DNA of 64,000 nucleotides, taken from Escherichia coli (lineage in GTDB: Bacteria > Pseudomonadota > Gammaproteobacteria > Enterobacterales > Enterobacteriaceae). The translations under genes were made by a program, and so were the position numbers. The notes beneath the pieces are model-generated. The model had not been told where the DNA came from and ran no database searches. It worked only from the letters and a program-made list of their open reading frames with translations. Location of the stretch: NCBI RefSeq assembly GCF_013122565.1, contig NZ_CP053258.1, one strand, 5' to 3'. Positions within the stretch are counted from its first letter, which is position 1. Every line of letters starts with the position of its first letter. This document shows, piece after piece, positions 44,769-58,537 of this stretch.

Positions 44769-45207
44769 TAACAATACCGCCCTAAAGAAAGCTGGCCTGA
44801 AAGTAACGCTTCCTCGTTTAAAAATCCTGGAAGTTCTTCAGGAGCCGGACAACCATCACGTCAGTGCGGAAGATTTATACAAACGTCTGATCGATATGGG
44901 TGAAGAAATTGGTCTGGCTACGGTATATCGCGTACTGAACCAGTTTGACGATGCTGGTATCGTCACCCGCCACAATTTTGAAGGCGGTAAATCCGTATTT
45001 GAACTGACACAGCAACATCACCACGATCACCTGATCTGCCTCGACTGCGGCAAGGTTATCGAATTTAGTGATGATTCCATCGAAGCGCGTCAGCGTGAAA
45101 TTGCCGCAAAACATGGCATTCGCCTGACTAACCACAGTCTCTATCTTTACGGTCACTGTGCCGAAGGCGATTGCCGCGAAGATGAGCACGCGCACGAAGG
45201 CAAATAA
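44761..45207 (+). CDS. fur: Ferric uptake regulator
   Basis: 148 aa, MTDNNTALKKAGLKVTLPRLKILEVLQEPDNHHVSAEDLYKRLIDMGEEIGLATVYRVLNQF... Confidence 0.98.
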   Translation: MTDNNTALKKAGLKVTLPRLKILEVLQEPDNHHVSAEDLYKRLIDMGEEIGLATVYRVLNQFDDAGIVTRHNFEGGKSVFELTQQHHHDHLICLDCGKVIEFSDDSIEARQREIAAKHGIRLTNHSLYLYGHCAEGDCREDEHAHEGK

Positions 45208-45291
45208 GCCAGCCTGAATGAGAAAAAGCCAACCTGCAGGTTGGCTTTTTTATGCAAGGAAAATAAGAAAAGCGAGAGTTACAGCTCTCTC

Positions 45292-45618
45292 TTATTTGTT
45301 ATTACTGCGAATTTCCTGCCAAACTTTATCACAATCGGCTTTCACCGCCTGATCATTTCCGGTTTGCGTTGCACGCAGACACTGCTGATAATCCAGTACG
45401 CGTACACTTTCCTGGTCGGCAAACTGCTGATGTTGTTTCTCTTTCTTCAGCACGTTTAACACGCTCTGGCAGGCTTCAATTTTTTCCGGCGAACCTTGCG
45501 CGGTGTTGATACAGGCGCTGTATGCCTCTTTCAGACGGCTGTCTTCCTGTGGCGCGGTTGATTGCGCACAAGCCACCAGCCCCGATGCCATCATGGCGAT
45601 GAGAATCAGTTTTTTCAT
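45292..45618 (-). CDS. chiQ: Chitosugar-induced lipoprotein
   Basis: 108 aa, signal peptide with lipobox (LVAC). Confidence 0.85.
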   Translation of the reverse strand: MKKLILIAMMASGLVACAQSTAPQEDSRLKEAYSACINTAQGSPEKIEACQSVLNVLKKEKQHQQFADQESVRVLDYQQCLRATQTGNDQAVKADCDKVWQEIRSNNK

Positions 45619-45667
45619 AGCGAATTCCTCAAATGTGCGGCAGGCACAAAACCTGCCGCGTCGGGCA

Positions 45668-47074
45668 TCAGAAGATGGTGAATGGTGCGATTACCATAAA
45701 TTTCACGTCACGCTCATCCTGGAAGATGTTACCGTAACCGCCGCCCCAGCTTGGGATGTCAGAGTGGTTGTCGTATTCGGTGAAATGCAGTTTGAACATC
45801 GTGCCTTTGGCGCGGCCGTCCTGAATGGTGTAGACCGCATCCAGGCTGTATGCAGACTCTTCAATAGTCCGGTTTTTGTCGTAGTACGCATCCGGATTGC
45901 TCTGCCAGGTCGCAGGTTTTGCATCCCATGCGTAAACGTAGGAAGCGCCGATGGCGAAGCCTGGAAGATTCCAGTTTTTCAGGTCATACATCGCACCGAA
46001 GAAGACCGCTTTTTCGCCGTTGGCGTTGAAGTCAGAACGGTTATCCCACCAGATATCCAGGCGACCATTCGAGGAAGCGTAGGTTGGGGTCATACGTTGC
46101 AGGAAGTATCCCTGCTGACCGTCAGCCTTAACCCAGGTGCCTTCGAGGCGCAAATCCACTACGTCAGCCGCCCGGTAACCAAAGGTCAACGCTTGCAGCC
46201 AGGCGGTGCCGTCATAAAGATCGTTGACGCTGCGATCGTCAACTTTATCGCGCGTACCATAGAACTGATAGCTGGTGGTTAACGGGCTACCGGCGATATC
46301 AAATTTGTAGCTGGCTTTGGCAAAATATTGATCGATATACCCTTCCGCCTGACCAAACGCCGCTTCCAGTACGAAGTTATTTTTGAAGTCGTATTTCGCC
46401 CCAAGGGAGTGCAGATAATCAACTTTGGTGGTTTTATCGTTCTGATAAAACTCATCCATTTCCAGGTGCCACGGCGCTTTGTATTCGTTGGTCCACATGT
46501 AGGAGAAACTCAAGGCACCAGCATCGCCGTAATCAAAATTCGCTCCGGCTTCCGCACCCTGATAAGTACCTGGCATAAAGCTCCAGTGCGGCGCTAACAG
46601 CGTCTGACCGGTTGGCTGAATATAACCTGCCCTCGCCCAAACCGGACCGTATTTAAATTTGGCCGCAGCTTTATACAGGCTTATACCGCTTTTGTCGCCG
46701 GACCAGTCTTCGTCATAGGCTTTATTACTTTTTGAAAACGCGATTTCGTTCGGGTGAGAGCTGTCGCCGTTTTCCGCCATTTCAATCGCCGTAAACGCAG
46801 CAATATCAAGGCCGAACATATCAGCAGCATAACCGGACTGAAAATCGAGGTTGGCATTCCAGGTGGAGTGAGAAAGGTTGGTTTTGTATTTGTCGCCGTC
46901 GGTAACATCTTTACGGTCGCGTTCACGCTGCCAGTAATAGATACCGCCGGTTAAGGTTGAATCGTCGATGAATCCTTCGGCGCGAGCCTCCGGCATTGCC
47001 ATAAAGCCCGACATTGCTGTAACACCGGCGATAGCCAGCGCCAGCGTACTACGTTTGCCACTAAACGTACGCAT
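45668..47074 (-). CDS. chiP: Chitoporin (OprD-family outer-membrane porin)
   Basis: 468 aa, signal peptide, beta-barrel with C-terminal aromatic residue. Confidence 0.9.
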   Translation of the reverse strand: MRTFSGKRSTLALAIAGVTAMSGFMAMPEARAEGFIDDSTLTGGIYYWQRERDRKDVTDGDKYKTNLSHSTWNANLDFQSGYAADMFGLDIAAFTAIEMAENGDSSHPNEIAFSKSNKAYDEDWSGDKSGISLYKAAAKFKYGPVWARAGYIQPTGQTLLAPHWSFMPGTYQGAEAGANFDYGDAGALSFSYMWTNEYKAPWHLEMDEFYQNDKTTKVDYLHSLGAKYDFKNNFVLEAAFGQAEGYIDQYFAKASYKFDIAGSPLTTSYQFYGTRDKVDDRSVNDLYDGTAWLQALTFGYRAADVVDLRLEGTWVKADGQQGYFLQRMTPTYASSNGRLDIWWDNRSDFNANGEKAVFFGAMYDLKNWNLPGFAIGASYVYAWDAKPATWQSNPDAYYDKNRTIEESAYSLDAVYTIQDGRAKGTMFKLHFTEYDNHSDIPSWGGGYGNIFQDERDVKFMVIAPFTIF

Positions 47075-47521
47075 GGGTTAATCCTCTTTGACGTATAAAT
47101 TGCTGCACCAAAGGTGAACAGCGAAAAAATAAAAATTAAAAAAGTAGCGTTGAGAAAAGTCTCGCTGACTACAGGAACAGACTATTTTTCGCGACGCGAA
47201 TTATCAATCTCTTTCTGTAACCAGAATGTAAGAACATGAGCAACCGCACATATTTTGATGATTTTTGTTACAAGGCTTAAGTTTGCGGTTGAAAGGCTTG
47301 CAGAAGAATAAAAGCGTGAAATTCCAGCAAGATGAAAGCGGTTACATTTTATTTAATTATGTTTTGTGATTTTAAATTTATTTTATGGATAAATTGCGAA
47401 GCGGAATTAATTCGCGAAGAAAAGCAGAAAAAAACGCCGCAGAGCGCGGCGTTTGGGATTGTTTGCATATTTCTTGCCGGATGTGGCGTAAATGCCTCAC
47501 CCGGCCTGGTAGAACTTAAAA

Positions 47522-49186
47522 TTACTCGCCTACTTTCGCCCAGGTATCACGCAGCCCAACGGTGCGGTTAAATACCGGTTTTTCCGCCGTAGAATGGCGG
47601 CTGTCGAGGCAGAAGTAACCTTCACGCTCAAACTGGAATGCTTTACCCGCTACCGCGTCTTTCAGCGACGGTTCAGCAAAGCCCTGTTTGATCACCAGCG
47701 ATTCCGGGTTAATCACCGACAGGAAATCATCCGCAGCGCCTGGGTTAGGCACGCTGAACAGACGATCATACAAACGGATTTCAACCGGCAGCGCATGTGC
47801 CGCGCTCACCCAGTGAATAACGCCTTTCACTTTACGACCATCTGCCGGATCTTTGCTTAAGGTATCGGCGTCATAAGTACAGAAGATGGTGGTGATATTA
47901 CCTTCGGCATCTTTCTCGACGCGTTCTGCCTTAATCACGTAAGCATTACGCAGACGCACTTCTTTACCCAGCACCAGACGTTTGTACTGCTTGTTAGCTT
48001 CTTCGCGGAAATCGGCGCGATCGATCCAAATTTCACCGCTAAACGGCACCTGACGGCTCCCCATTTCCGGTTTGTTCGGATGGTTCGGCATGGTGACCAT
48101 TTCGCCTTCGCCCTGATAGTTTTCGATAACCAGTTTCACCGGATCGATAACCGCCATTGCGCGCGGCGCATTTTCGTTGAGATCTTCACGGATGCAGGAT
48201 TCCAGCGACGCCATCTCAATGGTGTTGTCCTGCTTGGTCACGCCAATGCGTTTGCAGAACTCACGAATAGAAGCCGCAGTGTAACCACGACGACGCAGAC
48301 CAGAAATGGTCGGCATACGCGGGTCATCCCAGCCTTCAACGTGCTTGTCGGTCACCAGCAGGTTCAGCTTACGCTTGGACATCACAGTGTATTCCAGATT
48401 CAGGCGCGAGAATTCGTACTGGCGCGGGTGAACAGGAATGGTGATGTTGTCCAGCACCCAGTCGTACAGGCGACGGTTGTCCTGGAATTCAAGCGTACAC
48501 AATGAGTGCGTAATACCTTCCAGCGCATCGCTGATGCAGTGGGTGAAGTCGTACATCGGGTAGATGCACCACTTGTTGCCAGTCTGGTGGTGTTCAGCAA
48601 ATTTAATGCGGTACAGCACCGGATCGCGCATTACGATAAATGGCGACGCCATGTCGATTTTCGCACGCAGGCAGGCTTTACCTTCTTCAAAACCACCGGC
48701 ACGCATTTTTTCGAACAGCGCCAGGTTCTCTTCAACGCTGCGGTCGCGGTACGGGCTGTTTTTACCCGGCTGCGTCAGGGTGCCGCGGTATTCGCGGATC
48801 TGTTCCGGTGTCAGTTCATCAACATACGCCAGGCCTTTATTGATCAGTTCGATCGCATAGGCGTGGAGCTGATCAAAATAATCGGAGGAGTAACGGACGT
48901 TACCAGACCAGTGAAAACCTAACCACTCTACGTCGTTTTTGATCGAATCGACATACTCGATATCTTCTTTTACCGGGTTAGTGTCGTCGAAACGCAGGTT
49001 GCACTGGCCTTTATAGTCCTGGGCGATCCCGAAGTTCAGGCAGATAGATTTCGCATGCCCAATATGCAGATAGCCATTCGGCTCCGGCGGGAAACGGGTG
49101 TGTACTGTGGTGTGCTTACCACTGGCCAGATCTTCATCGATGATCTGACGGATAAAGTTAGTCGGGCGGGCTTCTGCCTCACTCAT
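47522..49186 (-). CDS. glnS: Glutaminyl-tRNA synthetase
   Basis: 554 aa, [24 protein letters not shown]..., HIGH motif ([14 protein letters not shown]) and MSK motif. Confidence 0.98.
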   Translation of the reverse strand: MSEAEARPTNFIRQIIDEDLASGKHTTVHTRFPPEPNGYLHIGHAKSICLNFGIAQDYKGQCNLRFDDTNPVKEDIEYVDSIKNDVEWLGFHWSGNVRYSSDYFDQLHAYAIELINKGLAYVDELTPEQIREYRGTLTQPGKNSPYRDRSVEENLALFEKMRAGGFEEGKACLRAKIDMASPFIVMRDPVLYRIKFAEHHQTGNKWCIYPMYDFTHCISDALEGITHSLCTLEFQDNRRLYDWVLDNITIPVHPRQYEFSRLNLEYTVMSKRKLNLLVTDKHVEGWDDPRMPTISGLRRRGYTAASIREFCKRIGVTKQDNTIEMASLESCIREDLNENAPRAMAVIDPVKLVIENYQGEGEMVTMPNHPNKPEMGSRQVPFSGEIWIDRADFREEANKQYKRLVLGKEVRLRNAYVIKAERVEKDAEGNITTIFCTYDADTLSKDPADGRKVKGVIHWVSAAHALPVEIRLYDRLFSVPNPGAADDFLSVINPESLVIKQGFAEPSLKDAVAGKAFQFEREGYFCLDSRHSTAEKPVFNRTVGLRDTWAKVGE

Positions 49187-49388
49187 CGTGGATTCCTCAA
49201 AGCGTAAACAACGTATAACGGCGTATGATCTTATAAGCGGGACAGGCTGACAACTGTTAGTTAGTGAAAATCGAAAATCTCACTGAGATTATGGGGATGA
49301 TTGATGAAAAAAAAAGCGGCAGAGAAGATCTCCACCGCTTGTCATTGTTGGATGCGACGCTCAAGCGTCGCATCAGGCATAAAGCAGA

Positions 49389-51335
49389 TTACTTTTTGAT
49401 TTCATACAGCGGTGTTTGACCCGCCACAACATGGCCCTGAGCTTTAATGATCAAACCACTGAAATCGTCGATATTGCTGCAAACCACCGGACTAATCATC
49501 GAGCTGGCGTTAGCGTTCAGGTAATCCAGATCCATTTCCAGAATCGGTTGCCCTGCGCTTACCTGCGCGCCCTCTTCCACCAGACGTTTAAAGCCTTTAC
49601 CTTCCAGCGCTACGGTGTCGATACCCATATGGACGACGATCTCCGCGCCTTTTTCGGTTTCCAGGCAGAACGCGTGGTTGGTGTTGAAGATTTTCACGAT
49701 TGTTCCTGCGGCTGGTGATACGACGATTTTATCTGTCGGTTTTACCGCCACACCGTCACCCACCGCTTTGCTGGCGAATGCTTCGTCAGGAACCTGATCC
49801 AGTGCCACAACATCACCGGTAATCGGCGATACCAGCTCCGCGACAGACACCGCGTTTGGTACAGCCTGCGGTTTTGCTACAGGAGCGGCAGTTGCCGGAG
49901 TTGCTTCAGCTGACGCAGCTGCTACCGGGCCACGGGCAACGACTTTCTTCATCGCATCGCCGATGGATTCTGCTTTCGCGCCAACAATCACCTGAATAGT
50001 CTGTTTGTTCAGTTTTACTACCCCAGAAGCCCCCAGACGTTTACACATCGTATCGTTAACGCGGGCAGAGTCAGCCACGGTAAGGCGCAGACGAGTGATA
50101 CAGGCGTCAATCGCTTTCAGGTTGTCAGTGCCGCCAACCGCAGCAATATAGTTGGTTGCCAGTTGATTGAGGCCTTCTTCAGTGTTGCTGTTGGCTTCTT
50201 CAGTAACGATCTCGTCTTCTTTATCTTCACGACCCGGCGTTTTCAGGTTGAACATGCGGATAACCAAACTGAACACCACGAAGTAGATAGCGAAGAAGAC
50301 AACACCCATAACCAGCAGCATCCAGACGTTCTGGCTGGCGGCCGGCAGGTTATACATCAACGCGTAGTCGATAGCCCCCGCAGAGAAAGAGAAGCCGGCA
50401 TGGATACCCAGCAGCGTTGCCACAAACAGGCTGATACCGGTCAGCAGTGCGTGCAGGAGGTACAGCAGCGGTGCAAGGAACATGAACAGGAATTCCAGCG
50501 GCTCAGTCACACCGGTCAGGAACGCAGTAACAGCAACAGAAAGCAGCATCCCGCCAACCATCGGACGACGCTCTTTCGGTGCTGCGAAGTACATCGCCAG
50601 CGCCGCACCCGGCAGACCGAACATCATGATCGGGAAGAAGCCGGACATGAACATCCCCGCGGTGCCGTCACCAGCGTAGAAACGGTTGATGTCGCCGTGG
50701 AAAACCGTACCCGCCGCGTTGGTGAATTCACCAATCTGGAACCAGGCGATGGTGTTCAGCACCTGATGCAGACCGGTTGGGATCAGCAGACGGTTGATGA
50801 AACCAAAGATACCGGAACCCAGCGCGTCCGCAGAAACGATCCACTCGCCGCCTGCATGGATAGCGTGCTGTACCGGCGGCCAGACGTAACCAAAAATGGC
50901 CGCCAGCACCAGACAGAAGAAGCCGGTGGCGATCGGCACAAAGCGTTTGCCGCCGAAGAAGCTCAGGAAGTCCGGCAGTTTAATATCGGACCAACGGTTA
51001 TAGGCTGCGCCACCAACCAGACCGGTAATGATACCCGCCAGTACACCCATGTTTATTTCTGGGTTGATGGTCACCATCGCTTTGGTTAACACAAAGTAAC
51101 CTACCGCACCCGCCAGCGCCGCCGCACCAGCGCTGTCTTTCGACCAGCTGGATGCCACACCGATGGCGAAGATTAATGCGAGGTTATCAAAAATCGCACC
51201 GCCCGCCTGGGCAATAAACGCAACGTTAAGTAAATCTGGCTGACCGAATCGCAGCAACAGCGCCGCCACCGGCAGCACCGCGATAGGGAGCTGTAACGCC
51301 CTACCGAGTCGCTGGAAAAAACCTAAAATATTCAT
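49389..51335 (-). CDS. nagE: PTS N-acetylglucosamine-specific EIICBA component
   Basis: 648 aa; EIIC membrane domain, EIIB cysteine region, EIIA C-terminal domain. Confidence 0.97.
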   Translation of the reverse strand: MNILGFFQRLGRALQLPIAVLPVAALLLRFGQPDLLNVAFIAQAGGAIFDNLALIFAIGVASSWSKDSAGAAALAGAVGYFVLTKAMVTINPEINMGVLAGIITGLVGGAAYNRWSDIKLPDFLSFFGGKRFVPIATGFFCLVLAAIFGYVWPPVQHAIHAGGEWIVSADALGSGIFGFINRLLIPTGLHQVLNTIAWFQIGEFTNAAGTVFHGDINRFYAGDGTAGMFMSGFFPIMMFGLPGAALAMYFAAPKERRPMVGGMLLSVAVTAFLTGVTEPLEFLFMFLAPLLYLLHALLTGISLFVATLLGIHAGFSFSAGAIDYALMYNLPAASQNVWMLLVMGVVFFAIYFVVFSLVIRMFNLKTPGREDKEDEIVTEEANSNTEEGLNQLATNYIAAVGGTDNLKAIDACITRLRLTVADSARVNDTMCKRLGASGVVKLNKQTIQVIVGAKAESIGDAMKKVVARGPVAAASAEATPATAAPVAKPQAVPNAVSVAELVSPITGDVVALDQVPDEAFASKAVGDGVAVKPTDKIVVSPAAGTIVKIFNTNHAFCLETEKGAEIVVHMGIDTVALEGKGFKRLVEEGAQVSAGQPILEMDLDYLNANASSMISPVVCSNIDDFSGLIIKAQGHVVAGQTPLYEIKK

Positions 51336-51456
51336 CTTATTCCCCCTACGAGAACCCTAATTGGCTCGTTTAAAGCCGTATTTTTATTTTGCTGCAAATT
51401 GTACTGCCGATGTTCTGTAATCAGATTGTTAGATCATCTGCTACAGAGTGTGTGAA

Positions 51457-51575
51457 AATTTAATTCGTATCGCAAATTAAACGCGTGTCTTTTGTGAGTT
51501 TTGTCACCAAATATCGTTATCATCACTCCCTTTTACTGGCTAAACCAGAAAACTTATTTTATCATTCAAAAAATC
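51457..51575. promoter_or_regulatory. nagE-nagBACD divergent control region: two NagC operators flanking a CRP site
   Basis: Palindromic TTAATTCGTATCGCAAATTAA (about 51461-51482); CRP-like TGTGAGTTTTGTCACC (51493-51508); CTTATTTTATCATTCAAAAAATC (about 51553-51575). Matches the loop-forming architecture as I recall it. Confidence 0.6.
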
Positions 51576-51667
51576 AGGTCGGATTGACGCCTGTCTGCGC
51601 AAATCCAGGTTACGCTTAAAGATGCCTAATCCGCCAACGGCTTACATTTTACTTATTGAGGTGAATA

Positions 51668-53676
<2,009 letters not shown>

Positions 53677-53684
53677 GAGAAAGT

Positions 53685-54905
53685 ATGACACCAGGCGGAC
53701 AAGCTCAGATAGGTAATGTTGATCTCGTAAAACAGCTTAACAGCGCGGCGGTTTATCGCCTGATTGACCAGTACGGGCCAATCTCGCGGATTCAGATTGC
53801 CGAGCAAAGCCAGCTTGCCCCCGCCAGCGTAACCAAAATTACGCGTCAGCTTATCGAACGCGGGCTGATCAAAGAAGTTGATCAGCAGGCCTCCACTGGG
53901 GGCCGCCGCGCTATCTCCATCGTCACCGAAACCCGCAATTTCCACGCAATCGGTGTACGGCTTGGTCGTCACGACGCCACCATCACCCTGTTTGATCTCA
54001 GCAGCAAAGTGCTGGCAGAAGAACATTACCCGCTGCCGGAACGTACCCAGCAAACGCTGGAACATGCCCTGTTGAATGCCATTGCTCAGTTTATTGATAG
54101 CTACCAGCGCAAACTGCGCGAGCTGATCGCGATTTCGGTGATCCTGCCAGGGCTTGTTGACCCGGACAGCGGCAAAATTCATTACATGCCGCATATTCAG
54201 GTAGAAAACTGGGGGCTGGTAGAAGCACTGGAAGAACGTTTTAAAGTGACCTGTTTCGTCGGTCACGATATCCGTAGTCTGGCGCTGGCAGAGCACTACT
54301 TCGGTGCAAGTCAGGATTGCGAAGACTCCATTCTGGTGCGTGTCCATCGCGGAACCGGGGCCGGGATTATCTCTAACGGGCGCATTTTTATTGGCCGCAA
54401 CGGCAACGTCGGTGAAATTGGCCATATTCAGGTCGAACCGCTGGGTGAACGCTGCCACTGCGGCAACTTTGGCTGCCTGGAAACTATCGCCGCCAACGCT
54501 GCCATTGAACAACGGGTGTTGAATCTGTTAAAGCAGGGCTACCAGAGCCGCGTGCCGCTGGACGACTGCACCATCAAAACTATCTGTAAAGCCGCGAACA
54601 AAGGCGATAGCCTGGCGTCGGAAGTGATTGAGTATGTCGGTCGTCATCTGGGCAAAACCATCGCCATTGCTATCAACTTATTTAATCCGCAAAAAATTGT
54701 TATTGCCGGTGAAATCACCGAAGCCGATAAAGTGCTGCTCCCTGCTATTGAAAGCTGCATTAATACCCAGGCGCTGAAGGCGTTTCGTACTAATCTGCCG
54801 GTGGTACGTTCTGAGCTGGATCACCGCTCGGCAATCGGCGCTTTTGCGCTGGTAAAACGCGCCATGCTCAACGGTATTTTGCTCCAGCATTTGCTGGAAA
54901 ATTAA
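53685..54905 (+). CDS. nagC: N-acetylglucosamine repressor (ROK family)
   Basis: 406 aa, N-terminal HTH plus ROK sugar-kinase-like domain with CxCGxxGC zinc motif. Confidence 0.97.
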   Translation: MTPGGQAQIGNVDLVKQLNSAAVYRLIDQYGPISRIQIAEQSQLAPASVTKITRQLIERGLIKEVDQQASTGGRRAISIVTETRNFHAIGVRLGRHDATITLFDLSSKVLAEEHYPLPERTQQTLEHALLNAIAQFIDSYQRKLRELIAISVILPGLVDPDSGKIHYMPHIQVENWGLVEALEERFKVTCFVGHDIRSLALAEHYFGASQDCEDSILVRVHRGTGAGIISNGRIFIGRNGNVGEIGHIQVEPLGERCHCGNFGCLETIAANAAIEQRVLNLLKQGYQSRVPLDDCTIKTICKAANKGDSLASEVIEYVGRHLGKTIAIAINLFNPQKIVIAGEITEADKVLLPAIESCINTQALKAFRTNLPVVRSELDHRSAIGAFALVKRAMLNGILLQHLLEN

Positions 54906-54952
54906 TGTGCTTTTATAGTGGCGCTTATTGTTGTCAATATTCTGGGTAGTCC

Positions 54953-55705
54953 ATGACCATTAAAAATGTAATTTGCGATATCGACGGCGTGCTGATGCAC
55001 GATAACGTCGCCGTACCGGGTGCAGCGGAATTTTTGCACGGGATTATGGATAAAGGCCTGCCGCTGGTGTTGCTGACCAACTATCCTTCGCAGACCGGGC
55101 AAGATCTGGCGAACCGCTTTGCCACTGCCGGTGTCGATGTACCTGACAGCGTGTTTTATACCTCTGCGATGGCGACCGCCGATTTCCTGCGTCGCCAGGA
55201 AGGCAAGAAAGCGTATGTGGTGGGCGAAGGCGCACTGATTCATGAACTGTACAAAGCCGGTTTCACTATTACCGATGTGAACCCTGATTTTGTGATTGTT
55301 GGCGAAACGCGTTCCTACAACTGGGACATGATGCATAAAGCGGCCTATTTCGTCGCTAATGGTGCACGCTTTATCGCCACCAACCCGGATACCCACGGGC
55401 GCGGTTTTTATCCGGCCTGTGGCGCGTTGTGTGCAGGGATTGAGAAAATCTCCGGGCGCAAACCGTTCTATGTTGGTAAGCCGAGTCCGTGGATTATCCG
55501 CGCGGCATTAAACAAAATGCAGGCACATTCGGAAGAAACGGTGATTGTCGGCGATAACCTGCGTACCGATATTCTGGCCGGCTTCCAGGCAGGTCTGGAG
55601 ACGATTCTGGTGCTTTCTGGTGTTTCGTCGCTCGACGATATCGACAGTATGCCTTTCCGCCCCAGCTGGATTTACCCGTCGGTCGCTGAAATCGACGTTA
55701 TCTGA
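54953..55705 (+). CDS. nagD: HAD-family UMP phosphatase (NagD/UmpH)
   Basis: 250 aa, DIDGVL HAD motif I. Confidence 0.95.
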   Translation: MTIKNVICDIDGVLMHDNVAVPGAAEFLHGIMDKGLPLVLLTNYPSQTGQDLANRFATAGVDVPDSVFYTSAMATADFLRRQEGKKAYVVGEGALIHELYKAGFTITDVNPDFVIVGETRSYNWDMMHKAAYFVANGARFIATNPDTHGRGFYPACGALCAGIEKISGRKPFYVGKPSPWIIRAALNKMQAHSEETVIVGDNLRTDILAGFQAGLETILVLSGVSSLDDIDSMPFRPSWIYPSVAEIDVI

Positions 55706-55756
55706 ATAGCAACCACGTCTGCGGACGTGGTTGATACTGATGACAAATGCCAAACT

Positions 55757-55854
55757 GCCTGATGCGCTACGCTTATCAGGCCTACGCAGCTCCTGCAATA
55801 TATTGAATTTTCATGCTTTTGTAGGCCGGATAAGGCGTTCACGCCGCATCCGGC
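55757..55854. repeat. REP pair (BIME) between nagD and asnB
   Basis: GCCTGATGCGCTACGCTTATCAGGCCTAC and inverted GTAGGCCGGATAAGGCGTTCACGCCGCATCCGGC. Confidence 0.85.
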
Positions 55855-56101
55855 ATGAACAAATCGCACTTTGTCAGTAATTTGGCCCCCGTAAAATATA
55901 ACCATTCAATAAAACCCGCTAAAAATTATCGATTCATCAATAAATACATCCTTACACCAGACCTTTTTTCACCAATCGACAATCACCATTACGTTTTTTA
56001 TTTTTTCACCGCCAAATCGCTTGCGCACAGTGCTGCTTTGCGGCATTTTTTTAAACAAGCAAACACAACAAGCAACAAATACCAGGTTAACGGAGAAGGT
56101 T

Positions 56102-57766
56102 ATGTGTTCAATTTTTGGCGTATTCGATATCAAAACAGACGCAGTTGAGCTGCGTAAGAAAGCACTCGAGCTGTCACGCCTGATGCGTCATCGTGGCCCG
56201 GACTGGTCCGGTATTTATGCCAGCGATAACGCCATTCTCGCTCACGAACGTCTGTCAATTGTTGACGTTAACGCGGGGGCGCAACCTCTCTACAACCAAC
56301 AAAAAACCCACGTACTGGCGGTAAACGGTGAAATCTACAACCACCAGGCATTGCGCGCTGAATATGGCGATCGTTATCAGTTCCAGACAGGGTCTGACTG
56401 TGAAGTGATCCTCGCGCTGTATCAGGAAAAAGGGCCGGAATTTCTCGACGACTTGCAGGGCATGTTTGCCTTTGCCCTGTACGACAGCGAAAAAGATGCC
56501 TACCTGATTGGTCGCGACCATCTGGGGATCATCCCACTGTATATGGGGTATGACGAACACGGTCAGCTGTATGTGGCCTCAGAAATGAAATCGCTGGTGC
56601 CAGTTTGCCGCACGATTAAAGAGTTCCCGGCGGGGAGCTATTTGTGGAGCCAGGACGGCGAAATCCGTTCTTACTATCATCGCGACTGGTTCGACTACGA
56701 TGCGGTGAAAGATAACGTGACCGACAAAAACGAGCTGCGTCAGGCACTGGAAGATTCAGTTAAAAGCCATCTGATGTCTGATGTGCCTTACGGTGTGCTG
56801 CTTTCTGGTGGTCTGGATTCCTCAATTATTTCCGCGATCACCAAGAAATACGCCGCCCGTCGCGTGGAAGATCAGGAACGTTCTGAAGCCTGGTGGCCGC
56901 AGTTACACTCCTTTGCTGTAGGCCTGCCGGGTTCACCGGATCTGAAAGCAGCCCAGGAAGTGGCAAACCATCTGGGCACGGTGCATCACGAAATTCACTT
57001 CACTGTACAGGAAGGTCTGGATGCCATCCGCGACGTGATTTACCACATCGAAACTTATGATGTGACCACTATTCGCGCTTCAACACCGATGTATTTAATG
57101 TCGCGTAAGATCAAGGCGATGGGCATTAAAATGGTGCTGTCCGGTGAAGGTTCTGATGAAGTGTTTGGCGGTTATCTTTACTTCCACAAAGCGCCGAACG
57201 CTAAAGAACTGCATGAAGAGACGGTGCGTAAACTGCTGGCCCTGCATATGTATGACTGCGCGCGTGCCAACAAAGCGATGTCAGCCTGGGGCGTGGAAGC
57301 ACGCGTTCCGTTCCTCGACAAAAAATTCCTTGATGTGGCGATGCGCATTAACCCGCAGGATAAAATGTGCGGTAACGGCAAAATGGAAAAACACATCCTG
57401 CGTGAATGTTTTGAGTCGTATCTGCCCGCAAGCGTGGCCTGGCGGCAGAAAGAGCAGTTCTCCGATGGCGTCGGTTACAGTTGGATCGACACCCTGAAAG
57501 AAGTGGCGGCGCAGCAGGTTTCTGATCAGCAACTGGAAACTGCCCGCTTCCGCTTCCCGTACAACACGCCGACCTCAAAAGAAGCGTATCTGTACCGGGA
57601 GATCTTTGAAGAACTGTTCCCGCTTCCGAGTGCCGCTGAGTGCGTGCCGGGCGGTCCTTCCGTCGCGTGTTCTTCCGCTAAAGCAATCGAATGGGATGAA
57701 GCGTTCAAGAAAATGGACGATCCATCTGGTCGTGCGGTTGGTGTTCACCAGTCGGCGTATAAGTAA
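56102..57766 (+). CDS. asnB: Asparagine synthetase B (glutamine-hydrolysing)
   Basis: Start trimmed to MCSIFGVFDIK (N-terminal catalytic Cys after Met); 554 aa; SGGLDSS PP-loop. Confidence 0.98.
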   Translation: MCSIFGVFDIKTDAVELRKKALELSRLMRHRGPDWSGIYASDNAILAHERLSIVDVNAGAQPLYNQQKTHVLAVNGEIYNHQALRAEYGDRYQFQTGSDCEVILALYQEKGPEFLDDLQGMFAFALYDSEKDAYLIGRDHLGIIPLYMGYDEHGQLYVASEMKSLVPVCRTIKEFPAGSYLWSQDGEIRSYYHRDWFDYDAVKDNVTDKNELRQALEDSVKSHLMSDVPYGVLLSGGLDSSIISAITKKYAARRVEDQERSEAWWPQLHSFAVGLPGSPDLKAAQEVANHLGTVHHEIHFTVQEGLDAIRDVIYHIETYDVTTIRASTPMYLMSRKIKAMGIKMVLSGEGSDEVFGGYLYFHKAPNAKELHEETVRKLLALHMYDCARANKAMSAWGVEARVPFLDKKFLDVAMRINPQDKMCGNGKMEKHILRECFESYLPASVAWRQKEQFSDGVGYSWIDTLKEVAAQQVSDQQLETARFRFPYNTPTSKEAYLYREIFEELFPLPSAAECVPGGPSVACSSAKAIEWDEAFKKMDDPSGRAVGVHQSAYK

Positions 57767-58075
57767 GAAATGCGGTATTGCCCCGGAGAAATCCGGGGCA
57801 ATTTCAGTTACTGGGGCGCTTGTTGATTCTGATATGCAGTGAGGAAATGTTCCGGATTTGCTACATCGCTGTTTGGCAACTCATCACTGTAGGCCAGTAT
57901 TTCATAGATTAATTTCCCACCACTATTGTTGAATTCCGAATTTCATCCTGTACGACAAAAGAATGGCTAGGGTGGGGAAAAAACACAAAGTAAACAATAA
58001 TTGACGAATATAGCGCCACGCTGTTCGCAACCTAACCAAACAGTCACTTTCGAGCAATTTTCCTTGAAAAAGAGG

Positions 58076-58104
58076 TTGACGCTGCAAGGCTCTATACGCA
58101 TAAT
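58076..58104 (+). promoter_or_regulatory. Sigma-70 promoter of the metT tRNA operon
   Basis: TTGACG (58076-58081), 17-bp spacer, CATAAT (58099-58104), then GC-rich discriminator GCGCCCCGC typical of stringently controlled stable-RNA promoters; AT-rich UP-like region upstream. Confidence 0.6.
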
Positions 58105-58144
58105 GCGCCCCGCAACGCCGATAAGGTATCGCGAAAAAAAAGAT

Positions 58145-58221
58145 GGCTACGTAGCTCAGTTGGTTAGAGCACATCACTCATAATGATGGGGTCACAGGTT
58201 CGAATCCCGTCGTAGCCACCA
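58145..58221 (+). tRNA. metT: tRNA-Met (elongator, anticodon CAT)
   Basis: GGCTACGTAGCTCAGTTGGTTAGAGCACATCACTCATAATGATGGGGTCACAGGTTCGAATCCCGTCGTAGCCACCA; cloverleaf with encoded CCA. Confidence 0.95.
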
Positions 58222-58230
58222 TCTTTTTTT

Positions 58231-58315
58231 GCGGGAGTGGCGAAATTGGTAGACGCACCAGATTTAGGTTCTGGCGCCGCAAGGTGTGCGAGTTCAAGTC
58301 TCGCCTCCCGCACCA
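58231..58315 (+). tRNA. leuW: tRNA-Leu (anticodon TAG), long variable arm
   Basis: GCGGGAGTGGCGAAATTGGTAGACGCACCAGATTTAGGTTCTGG...CTCGCCTCCCGCACCA. Confidence 0.95.
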
Positions 58316-58338
58316 TTCACCAGAAAGCGTTGTACGGA

Positions 58339-58413
58339 TGGGGTATCGCCAAGCGGTAAGGCACCGGTTTTTGATACCGGCATTCCCTGGTTCGAATCCA
58401 GGTACCCCAGCCA
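58339..58413 (+). tRNA. glnU: tRNA-Gln (anticodon TTG)
   Basis: TGGGGTATCGCCAAGCGGTAAGGCACCGGTTTTTGATACCGGCATTCCCTGGTTCGAATCCAGGTACCCCAGCCA. Confidence 0.95.
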
Positions 58414-58447
58414 TCTTCTTCGAGTAAGCGGTTCACCGCCCGGTTAT

Positions 58448-58522
58448 TGGGGTATCGCCAAGCGGTAAGGCACCGGTTTTTGATACCGGCATTCCCTGGT
58501 TCGAATCCAGGTACCCCAGCCA
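58448..58522 (+). tRNA. glnW: tRNA-Gln (anticodon TTG), duplicate
   Basis: Identical to the glnU sequence. Confidence 0.95.
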
Positions 58523-58537
58523 TCGAAGAAACAATCT